Source: an uncultured Chloroflexia bacterium
Lineage (GTDB): Bacteria > Chloroflexota > Limnocylindria > Limnocylindrales > CSP1-4
Direction: 5' to 3'
DNA: 64,000 nucleotides
Assembly: GCA_963735785.1 (NCBI GenBank)
Contig: CAVTMH010000002.1
Span: forward strand, 107,132-171,131
Below the pieces are notes generated by a model, which was not told the DNA's origin, made no database searches, and was given only the letters and a program-made list of their open reading frames with translations. The stretch's first letter is position 1. Every line of letters begins with the position of its first letter. Below are positions 28,636 to 36,969 of this stretch, piece by piece. A program made the translations under genes and the position numbers.

Positions 28636-30143
28636 CCGGCCGTCCTGTCATCGACCGTCGCCGCGATATCGCCTCGAGCGACACGGATGCGCAGCCCGGT
28701 CCCCGCCGGCGCCTCCGCCGGATCGCGGACGATCGAATCATCCGGTGCGCGCCGCACGATCGCGTAGCCGCGCTCCAGCGTCGCCGACGGGCCAAGGACC
28801 GCCAGCGCGGCGGCGGACGCGTCGAGCGATGCCCGAGCCGATGCGATCCGACCGGCGGACTGGCGTGGCAGCGCGTCCGCCGCGGCCTCGACGGCGGCGC
28901 GCGCCGCCCCGACCCGGACGGCCGACAGGCGTGGCAGGGCGAGTGCCGCAGCGTCCAGGCGGAACCGCTCGCGGGCCAGCCGCGCGTCGACGGCGCGCGT
29001 CGCACGGTCGAAGAGCAGGCCGACCTGTTCGCGCGCCGCCGCGAGCCGCGCGGCCGGGCTGACCCTGTCCAACGCTCGCCGCTCGACGACGAGGTCGCGC
29101 GCGGCCGTGGCAAGACGTCGTTCCGTGGCCGCCCCGAGCCGATCGGCGGCTCGCCGCAGCGCGCCGGCCATCTCGAGCCGGTCGGGCACGACGATCTCGG
29201 CGGCCGCCGACGGGGTGGGCGCGCGGACGTCGGCCGCGAAGTCGGCCAGGGTGACGTCGACCTCGTGCCCCACACCGCAGACGACCGGGATGGGGTGGGC
29301 CACGACGGCGCGAACGACCCGCTCGTCGTTGAACGCCCACAGGTCCTCGAGCGATCCGCCACCGCGGGCGAGGATCGTGACGGCGGGTGCATCGTGCGCA
29401 CGGCCCTCGTCGCGGCACACCGCGGCGTAGCGCTCCACGCGCCGGAACGCGGTCACCAGGCTCGCTGGAGCGCCCTCTCCCTGGACGCGCGCCGCGACGA
29501 GCACGACCTGCACGAGTGGCCAACGGCGAGCCAGGACATGGCTGATGTCCCGCCAGACCGCGCCCGACGGGCTCGTGATGACCGCGATCGTCGATGGCCG
29601 CACCGGGAGCGGCCGCTTGCGGCCGGTGTCGAACAGGCCCTCGGCGGCCAGCCGAGCCTTGAGCGCCTCGAACTTGATGGCGAGGTCACCGAAGCCCGCT
29701 GGCTGGATCGTGTCCACGTACAGCTGCATCGCACCGGTCGGCTCGTACAGGTCGATCCGACCATGGACGACGACCCGCAGCCCCGCTTGTGCCTCGAAGG
29801 CGCTGCGGACACGGTCGTCGCGGAACCACACGCACTGGAGCTGGTTGCGCTCGTCCTTGAGGGCGAAGTAGGCGTGGCCGGCGGACGACACGGTCACGCG
29901 TCCGATCTCGCCCTCGACCCAGAGGTCGACCAGACGCTGGTCCTGGCGGATGGCGCCGCGGACCGCCCGCGTGACCTCGCTGACGCCAAGGATCCGGAGC
30001 CCGAACGCTCCGGGCGCGGTGGCGGCGGGTCGCGATCCGTTACCCGGGCGGGGTGTCGGACGGGGCGCCTCCTCGGGATCCGGGCCCACGGCATCCCAGC
30101 TCGGCAGCGCCCACTCGGGCGGGTCGGGATCGCGCGCGCCCAC
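28632..30143 (-). CDS. xseA: Exodeoxyribonuclease VII large subunit
   Basis: N-terminal OB fold (VSEVTRAVRGAIRQDQRLVDLWVEGEIGRVTVSSAGHAYFALKDERNQLQCVWF) and catalytic core. The ATG at 30143 abuts the upstream stop; the true start may be ~45 codons downstream. Confidence 0.85.
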   Translation of the reverse strand: MGARDPDPPEWALPSWDAVGPDPEEAPRPTPRPGNGSRPAATAPGAFGLRILGVSEVTRAVRGAIRQDQRLVDLWVEGEIGRVTVSSAGHAYFALKDERNQLQCVWFRDDRVRSAFEAQAGLRVVVHGRIDLYEPTGAMQLYVDTIQPAGFGDLAIKFEALKARLAAEGLFDTGRKRPLPVRPSTIAVITSPSGAVWRDISHVLARRWPLVQVVLVAARVQGEGAPASLVTAFRRVERYAAVCRDEGRAHDAPAVTILARGGGSLEDLWAFNDERVVRAVVAHPIPVVCGVGHEVDVTLADFAADVRAPTPSAAAEIVVPDRLEMAGALRRAADRLGAATERRLATAARDLVVERRALDRVSPAARLAAAREQVGLLFDRATRAVDARLARERFRLDAAALALPRLSAVRVGAARAAVEAAADALPRQSAGRIASARASLDASAAALAVLGPSATLERGYAIVRRAPDDSIVRDPAEAPAGTGLRIRVARGDIAATVDDRTAG

Positions 30144-30575
30144 CTAGAGGCCCAACTGCACGTGGCGCCAGCGATCTTCGCCCCAGTTCGCCGGCCGGAG
30201 TCGCCTGAGCTCGGTGTCGTCCGGCAACGCGGCAACGTGCTCGACGAGCCTCGTGTGGGCCCGCTCCAGCCACGGAATGACCTCGTCCCGCGGCGCTTGC
30301 CCCTCCGGCCAGGGCTCGACCTCGGGCGTGCCCCACTGCAGGGTCCCGGTCCCGAACGCGTAGTCGTCGCACATGATCTTGCATGCGCCCACGTGGACGA
30401 CGATCGCCTCGATCGACCTCGCCCCCCCGTCTGGCAGCACCCGCCAGGCCTCTTGCGGCACCGTCGCAAGATTCGGCAGCAACGCCTGGCTCTCGTCCGT
30501 TTCCGCGATGCCGCGGCCTCGAAACGCCTCGTCGACGAGGTACAGCAGCGCCTCGATGCCACCGCGGCTCGCCAT
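30144..30575 (-). CDS. Hypothetical protein (143 aa), possibly a DinB/YfiT-like helical bundle
   Basis: ATG 30575 shares one nucleotide with the efp TGA. High-GC3 ORF. The family is a guess from general composition; no metal-binding triad was confirmed. Confidence 0.45.
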   Translation of the reverse strand: MASRGGIEALLYLVDEAFRGRGIAETDESQALLPNLATVPQEAWRVLPDGGARSIEAIVVHVGACKIMCDDYAFGTGTLQWGTPEVEPWPEGQAPRDEVIPWLERAHTRLVEHVAALPDDTELRRLRPANWGEDRWRHVQLGL

Positions 30576-31132
30576 CAGAGCCGCGTCTGGTACTCCCCGG
30601 TCCGTGTGTCGACGCGGATGGTGTCGCCGGGTTCGACGAAGATCGGGACCTGGACGATCAGCCCGGTCTCGGTCGTCGCGGGCTTGCGGGCGCCGGACTG
30701 AGTGTCGCCCGCGAACCCGGGCTCGGTCTCGACCACCGCGAGGTCGACGGTGACCGGCAGCTCGACGCCGATCGTCTCGCCCTGGTAGCTCGTGCGGTCG
30801 AGGGTCATGCCGTCCTTGAGGTACTGCGCGGTGTCGCCAAGCTGGTCGGCGGTGAGGACGAACTGGTCGTAGGTGTCGTTGTCCATGAAGTGGAAGTCGC
30901 GGTCGTCGCGATAGAGGAACTGGACCGGCCGCTTCTCCATCGAGGCGCGCGGCCACTTCGTCCCGGCCTGGAACGAGCGCTCCACGGTCTGGCCACGCTT
31001 GATGTTGCGGAGGGTGATCCGTACCTGGGCCGACCCTCGGCCCATCTTGATGTGGTGGTAATCGAGGATCTGCCAGAGCTCGCCGTCGAGCTCGATGGCC
31101 ACGCCCTTCTTGAGTTCGCCGGTGCTGATCAT
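30575..31132 (-). CDS. efp: Translation elongation factor P
   Basis: 185 aa. EF-P signature (..KKGVAIELDGELWQILDYHHIKMGRGSAQVRITLRNIKRGQ..) with three OB-like domains. Confidence 0.9.
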   Translation of the reverse strand: MISTGELKKGVAIELDGELWQILDYHHIKMGRGSAQVRITLRNIKRGQTVERSFQAGTKWPRASMEKRPVQFLYRDDRDFHFMDNDTYDQFVLTADQLGDTAQYLKDGMTLDRTSYQGETIGVELPVTVDLAVVETEPGFAGDTQSGARKPATTETGLIVQVPIFVEPGDTIRVDTRTGEYQTRL

Positions 31133-31239
31133 GTCGAGGTGGGCTCCTGCGTCGGACCGCCGGGCACGCGCCGACGGGACGGGGATGGTCGGGGTCGAGC
31201 GGCCATTCTAGCCGACGGCTGCCCCGCCCTCGGCGGGTG

Positions 31240-31836
31240 TCAGTCCCCGTTCTCGTAGATCCAGTCGTGCGTGATCGGTGCTCGCCCGTCGACGAACTCG
31301 TACGTCGTCTGGCCCTGCCCCGCGAGCGGCGTGCAGACGGCCGAGCAGCGGACGGTGATGGCTCGAACGGTGTCGTCAACCCCGTCGCCCCCCGGTCCGC
31401 CGCTTGCCATCTGGGTGCACATCTCGGCCGGCACGCCGACGCACGTCGGCTGGATGGGGAGCGGCGATGCGTCCTCCGGCCCGACCCGGGGTGGCTCGGG
31501 CGGCGCCTGGGGCTGCGGATGCGGAGCAGACGCCCATCCGTAGCCGGACGTCTCCGTGCGCCCATCGGCGAAGCGGATCGTGACTTCCGCTTCACCGGTG
31601 GCGTTCGTGCACACAGGCACGGTGCATCGCACCACGACCTGGACGACCGACCCTGGGGCTGCGCCGCTCACGTCGAACGCCTGTTGGCAGGCCGCTCGCG
31701 GCACGCCCTGGCAGACGACCTGGGGATCTCCGACGGGCCCGACCGGGACCGCCGGCAGGGCGTCACAGGCGACACCCAGCGCCGCGATGACACTGACGGC
31801 GAGGAGACGTCGACCGCGCATCACCGATGGTGGCAT
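31240..31836 (-). CDS. Putative secreted lipoprotein built from two tandem ~65-aa Cys-containing repeats
   Basis: Signal peptide plus PROSITE-style lipobox (MPPSVMRGRRLLAVSVIAALGVAC). Two homologous halves, each with a C-x7-C pair and a C-x3/4-C pair, ending in a conserved W (..GYGW / ..THDW). ATG 31836 overlaps the pepQ TGA. Confidence 0.5.
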   Translation of the reverse strand: MPPSVMRGRRLLAVSVIAALGVACDALPAVPVGPVGDPQVVCQGVPRAACQQAFDVSGAAPGSVVQVVVRCTVPVCTNATGEAEVTIRFADGRTETSGYGWASAPHPQPQAPPEPPRVGPEDASPLPIQPTCVGVPAEMCTQMASGGPGGDGVDDTVRAITVRCSAVCTPLAGQGQTTYEFVDGRAPITHDWIYENGD

Positions 31837-33067
31837 CAGCCGACGACTAGCACCTCGCGCGGAAAGCGCGTCACGCGCTCGACGCGGCCGGTGGCGGCAT
31901 CGAGCGTCGATGAGGTCCTCGATGCGCACGCCCATCTCCCCGTCGAGGTAGACGCCGGGCTCGACCGAGAAGACGGTCGGGCTCGGCAGCGGCGTCTCGG
32001 CTGCGCGTCTTGCCGAGCGACGGAGCTTCGTGGGTGGCGAGGCCGATCCCGTGGCCGGTGCCGTGACCGAAATGCTCGCCGTGGCCGCCCGCCTCGATGA
32101 TCGATCGCGCGACGGCGTCCACGGCCCGGCCGCTCGGCAGCTCCCCTCTGGCGGTCGCCGCGGCCTCGACGACCGCGATGGCGGCGGCCTGCGCCGCGGC
32201 CACGAGCTCGTAGACCGCCCAGGTCGCGCGGCGAGGGCTCGCCCACGAACAGGGTCCGGGTCATGTCGCTCCGATAGCCGGCCACCTGCGCCCCGAAGTC
32301 GAAGAGCAGCACCGCATCCGCGAGGATCGGTCGGTCGCCGGGCGCGCCGTGCGGCAGGGCGGCCTCCGGCCCGGACAGGCAGGCGACGTCGAACGCGAGC
32401 GCCTCGGCGCCGCCCGTCCGCATCAGCCACTCCAGCCGGAGCGCGAGCTCCGCCTCGGTCGCCCCGGGCCGGATCTCCGACAGGAGCGTCGCGAGGGCGC
32501 GGTCGGCGACGGCGCACGCGGCGGCGACGCGTTCCAGCTCGGCCGGCTCCTTGATCGCCCGGTCGGCCTCGACCCAGCCCTCGACCGGCACGAGCTCGAC
32601 GTCCGGGGCGGCTGCGGCCAGCCGCTGCCACGTCGCGTGCGAGACGAAGCCGGCCTCGACCCCGACGCGTCGCGCACCGACGGACCGGACCAGGTCCGGC
32701 CAGCGATCGGGCAGGTTGCCGTAGGCCTCGAACAGTCGCGCCTCGGGCGCCTCGCGACGGGCCTGGATCGTGTACCGCGAATCGGCCAGGACCACCGACC
32801 TCGTCGCCACCGACAAGGAACTGCCCGGAGTTGCCGGCCGACCTTCTCCTCACCCTCGGCGAGGGTGAACCCGGTCAGGTAGCGCATGTGCTCGCGGCGC
32901 ACGCCGAAGTAGGCATCGATGCCTTCGTCGGCGAACCGCGTGCGCAGGCGCCCGAGGCGCGCCGGACGCGCGGCTCGGTCGGCCTCCGCCCAGGCCCGCT
33001 GCTGCGCGGCGTCGGGGGGCGGGGCGAAGTCCTCGGGGTCGGGCCAGCCGTCCCGGGACGCGCTCAC
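31836..33067 (-). pseudogene. pepQ: Xaa-Pro aminopeptidase (M24B, PepP/PepQ-like) interrupted by five +1 frameshifts
   Basis: Creatinase-N and M24 catalytic segments are all present but spread over three frames. The segments are RLGRLRTRFADEGIDAYF..YLTGF; SAGNSGQFLVGGDEV; SVVLADSRYTIQA...MTRTLFVGEPSPRD; AVYELVAAAQAAAIAVV...HGTGHGIGLATHEAPSLG; PTVFSVEPGVYLDGEMGVRIEDLI; and LDAATGRVERVTRFPREVLVVG*. Shifts lie near 32845, 32796, 32218, ~31985 and 31905. ATG 33067 overlaps the mltG stop. Confidence 0.75.
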
Positions 33068-34467
33068 GGGATATAGCCGTACTTGCGCCGGTTCTCGTCG
33101 TGCTCGGCCTTGTTCTTGGCGAAGGCGTGCGAGCCGCCTCCCTCGGGGATCGCCAGGAAGTAGATGTACTTGTCCTCGGTATCGGGATGCAGCGCTGCGT
33201 CGATGGAGGCGAGCGTCGGCGTCACGATCGGTGCCGGGATGAGGCCCGGCTGCGTGTAGGTCTGGAAGCCAAGCAACGCATCCGGCAGGACGATGTCCTT
33301 GAGGCCGATGTCCTCGGGCACGGTCCAGAACACGTAGTCCTTCCAGGTCCCGAAGTCCCGCTCCTCGAGCTGCACGGTGTCGAACGCGTAGATGACCGTC
33401 GGGTCGGCGTTGAGGATCTTGTTCTTGATGCCGGGGATCCCGTCGATCCGGTTCTGGTAGACACCGGCGATCAGCGGGCGCTCCTCATTGACCACCGCCT
33501 CACGCTCCACGATCGAGGCGAGCGACAACACCTGGTAGAAGGTCAGGCCGCGCTCCTGCGGCACGGTCAGCTTTGCCTCCCCGACGGCGGCGATGAAGCC
33601 ATCGAGCATCCGGCGGATGAGCTCCTCCGGCGTGGTGTCCGGCAAGACGTTGTAGGTGCCCGGCCACAGGAACCCTTCCAGGGAGGGCGCAGTGCCCTCC
33701 GGCACGTCGCGGAGGACGCGTTCGAGCCACGGGTAGTCCGCGAGCAACGCCGCGGGCGGTTCCTTCGCGATCTCATAGAACTCGCGGGGGTCCATCTCGA
33801 GGGTGGGCAGCGTCTGGAGCTTGGCCGTGATCTGCTCGAGCCGAAGCTGCGTCCGCAGCGCGATCTGCACGAACGGGACCTCCGGCGGCGCGAGGAGCGC
33901 CACGACGAGTTGTTCCGGTGTCATGTTCCTCCGCAGGACGAAGGTCCCCTGCTGCAGATCGCCCGTGAGCTCCCGGTCGCTTGCGATGAACACGAACGCG
34001 CGGGCATCGCGGATGAGGTCCTGGTCAGCCAGGCGCGCCGCGATCGTCGTCGCGGTGTCGCCCTCCTCCACGAGGAACTCGACCTGCTCCGGGTCGTTCG
34101 AGACCGGCTCGGTCAGTGCGTCGCCGAGATCCTCGCGGACGAGATCCGCGACGAACGGCAGGTTGAGGGCGGCCGGGCTGTCGGCTGCCCAGCTGAGGAT
34201 CGCGGAGTTGACCAGCGGACGCAGCGCGGTCAGGGCGATGACCAGGACGAGCGCTGCGAGCATCAGCGCGAACACGAGGAACCTGGCGACCCCGCCCAGG
34301 CCGCCGCCACCGCCGCCACCGCGCCTGCCCCCGCCGCTGCCGTGGCCCGACCGTCGCGACGGCTCGTACGCCTCGGGCACGTAGTCGGTCGCGTAGGCGT
34401 CCGATTCGAACCTGCGGGCGTGGGGCTGGCGCCGGTCGCGCGGGCGTCCGCCGGAGCGGATCGTCAT
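33064..34467 (-). CDS. mltG: Endolytic murein transglycosylase MltG (YceG family)
   Basis: N-terminal TM helix plus YceG-like domain (..GTYNVLPDTTPEELIRRM..; ..IVEREAVVNEERPLIAGVYQNRI..). Confidence 0.85.
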   Translation of the reverse strand: MTIRSGGRPRDRRQPHARRFESDAYATDYVPEAYEPSRRSGHGSGGGRRGGGGGGGLGGVARFLVFALMLAALVLVIALTALRPLVNSAILSWAADSPAALNLPFVADLVREDLGDALTEPVSNDPEQVEFLVEEGDTATTIAARLADQDLIRDARAFVFIASDRELTGDLQQGTFVLRRNMTPEQLVVALLAPPEVPFVQIALRTQLRLEQITAKLQTLPTLEMDPREFYEIAKEPPAALLADYPWLERVLRDVPEGTAPSLEGFLWPGTYNVLPDTTPEELIRRMLDGFIAAVGEAKLTVPQERGLTFYQVLSLASIVEREAVVNEERPLIAGVYQNRIDGIPGIKNKILNADPTVIYAFDTVQLEERDFGTWKDYVFWTVPEDIGLKDIVLPDALLGFQTYTQPGLIPAPIVTPTLASIDAALHPDTEDKYIYFLAIPEGGGSHAFAKNKAEHDENRRKYGYIP

Positions 34468-34961
34468 CTGAGGATCTCCGGTGTGTGGGGCTCGGTAGGG
34501 GCGGACCCGGAGCGCCGGGTGTCGAGGGCATCTTGCAGGATGACGGCGGCCGCCTCGCGGTCGACCCGTGCCCGGTACTCGTTGCGCTGGTGGCGGGACG
34601 GCGGGCCGCCCGAGCGGCCACGCTTCATGGGGCCCAATCGCGTCTCGGCGACGTGGCTGCTCAGGCGCTCATCGTGCAGGGTGATCGCGACACGGTCGCC
34701 CAAACGGGCGCCGATGTTCCCCGCCCACGCTCTCGTGATGGCCGCCTGGGGACCTTCGTGCCCAGCGGCATCGATCGGCAGACCGATGACGAGCTCCTCG
34801 ATGTCGTGCGCCGTGATGAGTGCAAGCAGCGATGCGGCATCGAGGCCCGCGTGACGCCCGCGTCGGATGGTCGTCAGTGGCCGCGCCCCAGCGCCCGGGC
34901 CGTCCGCGATGGCGACGCCGATGCGCCGCTCCCCGAGGTCGATGCCCAGGGCCCGCGTCAT
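34464..34961 (-). CDS. ruvX: Holliday-junction resolvase-like nuclease RuvX (YqgF)
   Basis: MTRALGIDLGERRIGVAIAD.. RNase-H-like YqgF signature. ATGA overlaps at both ends. Confidence 0.85.
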   Translation of the reverse strand: MTRALGIDLGERRIGVAIADGPGAGARPLTTIRRGRHAGLDAASLLALITAHDIEELVIGLPIDAAGHEGPQAAITRAWAGNIGARLGDRVAITLHDERLSSHVAETRLGPMKRGRSGGPPSRHQRNEYRARVDREAAAVILQDALDTRRSGSAPTEPHTPEILR

Positions 34962-36967
34962 CGCGATCCCTCCGGCTCGGAGGCGGGCGACTCGGATACG
35001 ACGGGGGCCGCGGACGCCCGCCCAGGTCCATCGGACGCGGCAGGACCGACCGTCTCGACCTCGACCCGCGATTCGATCGTCGGGATCGTGCCCACCCAGT
35101 CGGGCCAGACGGTCAGTTCGGCCTCGCCGTAGGTCGCAAGGATCTCGCGTGCCTGGGCCAGGGGCTTGCCCATGATGTCGGCCTCGATGGCCGCCGGATC
35201 GAGAACGAGGACCTGGCGGGCGGTCACGACGACCGGGAAGGTGATGACCCCGTTCGAGATCTCGGCCGGGGCCGGGACCACCTGGCCCGAGCGCTCGACG
35301 AGGACGAAGCCCGGCTCCACGCTGGAGGCGATCCGCGCCTCGGCGACGGTCTGCACGGGGGCGGTATCGACCGCCACGACCGTCCCTGTCGCGGTCGCCG
35401 CGAGCTCGAAGGTCTCCACCTCCTCGCCGACCCGGGTGGCCGGATCGACCGCGAACGTCGGGTCTCCGAGGGCCTTCGTCTCGGGGAACACCGTCGCGGA
35501 ATCCCCAGGCAGGTCGGGGTCGTCGAGTCGCTCGTCGAACGCCGCGCTCAACCGATCTCGCAGGGCAATGATCGCCGCGTCGATGTCCTCCTGCCGCACG
35601 CGCGGGAATTCGGTGCGCGAGCCACCCGTGGTCGCCTCCGGATTCGTCACATTCAGAAACGCACCGGTCTCCCCGCGAGGGGTCTCGGTGATCCTTCGTG
35701 CCTCGACGTTCCCGTCGGGTCCCGCATCCACTGCGGTCACGCCGACCGATCTGTTGGACGGGATGACCTCGAATCCGTCATCTGACGCTACGAGGTCAGC
35801 CGGTGGCAGGGTGACGTTCTCGTCTGTCCGGAACTGGATGCCGGACTCAGTGCTCACGACGGAACCGCTCCTTATCGTATTTGAGCTGGTCGGGTCGAGG
35901 TTGTCGAAACGGACCGTGCCTTTCGCCTTCTCCTCCTCGATCCGTTGCCCGGTCGCCGGGAAGCTGTCGCTCGCTTCGACGTCGACCGTCAGCGACTGCG
36001 CCGGCACGACACCGCCGGCGGGATCGGGCTCGGTCGCGCTGGTGCTCGCCACGATCCGCATGGACACGGGACCGATGCTGGCCTCGCGCGGCGTGATGAC
36101 GGCCGTCGCCGTCGGGAGGTAGAGGTACGCACCGACACCGCCGACGACGAGCGCGAGGGCGGCCACGGCGAGGCCGATGACCAGCGGCGTTCGACCGATC
36201 GTTGGGCGGAAGGCCCGTCCGAATGGGTCCAGGCGTCGCGGTCCGGGCCGGTCGAGATCCATGGCGGGGGTGTCGGCCACGACCCTTGCCGCCGGGATCG
36301 CCGCCGGAGCACGCGCGCCGCCCCTCGGTCCTCGCGTCGACCTGGGTGACGATCGCGTCGCTTCGCCCGGCGTCGCCGCATCGCCCCACAGCCCGGCGGT
36401 CGCGGCGACGGCACCCGCGGCGCCGGTCCCCGCGGCAGCGGCGCCCGCCGCGCCCGCGTCGGCGGCTCGACCCGGCGTCGCGACCGTCTCGCTGATGAGC
36501 ATCGGCTCCAGGTCGACATCCGGACCGGCGCCGGGCTCGGCAGCCGTGGCGGCCGCCCCCGTCGCCGCCGCCCCGGTCGCCACCGCCCCCGGCGCGTCAT
36601 CCGTCGCCGCGGCATCCTCTGGGCCGACCGCCACCGCGGCGGCAGCAGGACCAGCATCGACCGCCGGCGCACCCTTCGCCGGACGGCCTGCCTCGCCGGA
36701 CGTCTCGTACTCCGCGACCGTCGCGAAGATGGGCAGGCCGGCCGATGCCGCGAGCGCCCGCGTCGCGGGGTCGCCCGCGATGATCGACAGCTGCTTGCCG
36801 TTCGTCATGGCGTCACGGGCGAGCAACCGGAAGTTGATGCGCGAGGTCGCGACGCGCGAGCCGTACGGGAGCACGACGGCCACGCGGCTCCCATCCCAGC
36901 CCCGGATCCGCGCGGCCGCCGACGTGATCTCGTCGTCGACATCGAGGTAGATGACGCCGGCTGCCAC
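34958..36967 (-). CDS. Large single-pass membrane protein, function unknown
   Basis: Domain order: ~95-aa cytoplasmic N-domain; ~170-aa Ala/Gly/Pro-rich low-complexity linker; one TM helix (LVIGLAVAALALVVGGVGAYLYL); ~370-aa extracytoplasmic beta-rich domain. GTG at 36967 lies 2 nt after the upstream FtsA-like stop; the track start at 37234 would overlap that gene by 265 nt. Confidence 0.6.
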   Translation of the reverse strand: MAAGVIYLDVDDEITSAAARIRGWDGSRVAVVLPYGSRVATSRINFRLLARDAMTNGKQLSIIAGDPATRALAASAGLPIFATVAEYETSGEAGRPAKGAPAVDAGPAAAAVAVGPEDAAATDDAPGAVATGAAATGAAATAAEPGAGPDVDLEPMLISETVATPGRAADAGAAGAAAAGTGAAGAVAATAGLWGDAATPGEATRSSPRSTRGPRGGARAPAAIPAARVVADTPAMDLDRPGPRRLDPFGRAFRPTIGRTPLVIGLAVAALALVVGGVGAYLYLPTATAVITPREASIGPVSMRIVASTSATEPDPAGGVVPAQSLTVDVEASDSFPATGQRIEEEKAKGTVRFDNLDPTSSNTIRSGSVVSTESGIQFRTDENVTLPPADLVASDDGFEVIPSNRSVGVTAVDAGPDGNVEARRITETPRGETGAFLNVTNPEATTGGSRTEFPRVRQEDIDAAIIALRDRLSAAFDERLDDPDLPGDSATVFPETKALGDPTFAVDPATRVGEEVETFELAATATGTVVAVDTAPVQTVAEARIASSVEPGFVLVERSGQVVPAPAEISNGVITFPVVVTARQVLVLDPAAIEADIMGKPLAQAREILATYGEAELTVWPDWVGTIPTIESRVEVETVGPAASDGPGRASAAPVVSESPASEPEGSR

Positions 36968-36969
36968 GA

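Noticed and set aside
27837-30701. 954-aa plus-strand ORF, plus other very long plus-strand ORFs such as 25194..27794 and 3418..5415
   Set aside because: Antisense to dxs/xseB/xseA, dxs/tlyA and moeA/M50 respectively. Products are Arg/Gly/Asp-rich with no domains. Long antisense ORFs are expected at ~72% GC.
36200-36720. Repetitive GC-rich DNA (gccgcggcgaccggcgc.. blocks) that could superficially resemble a repeat array
   Set aside because: It encodes the Ala/Gly/Pro-rich low-complexity linker of the 34958..36967 membrane protein. It has no spacer-repeat periodicity and is not CRISPR.
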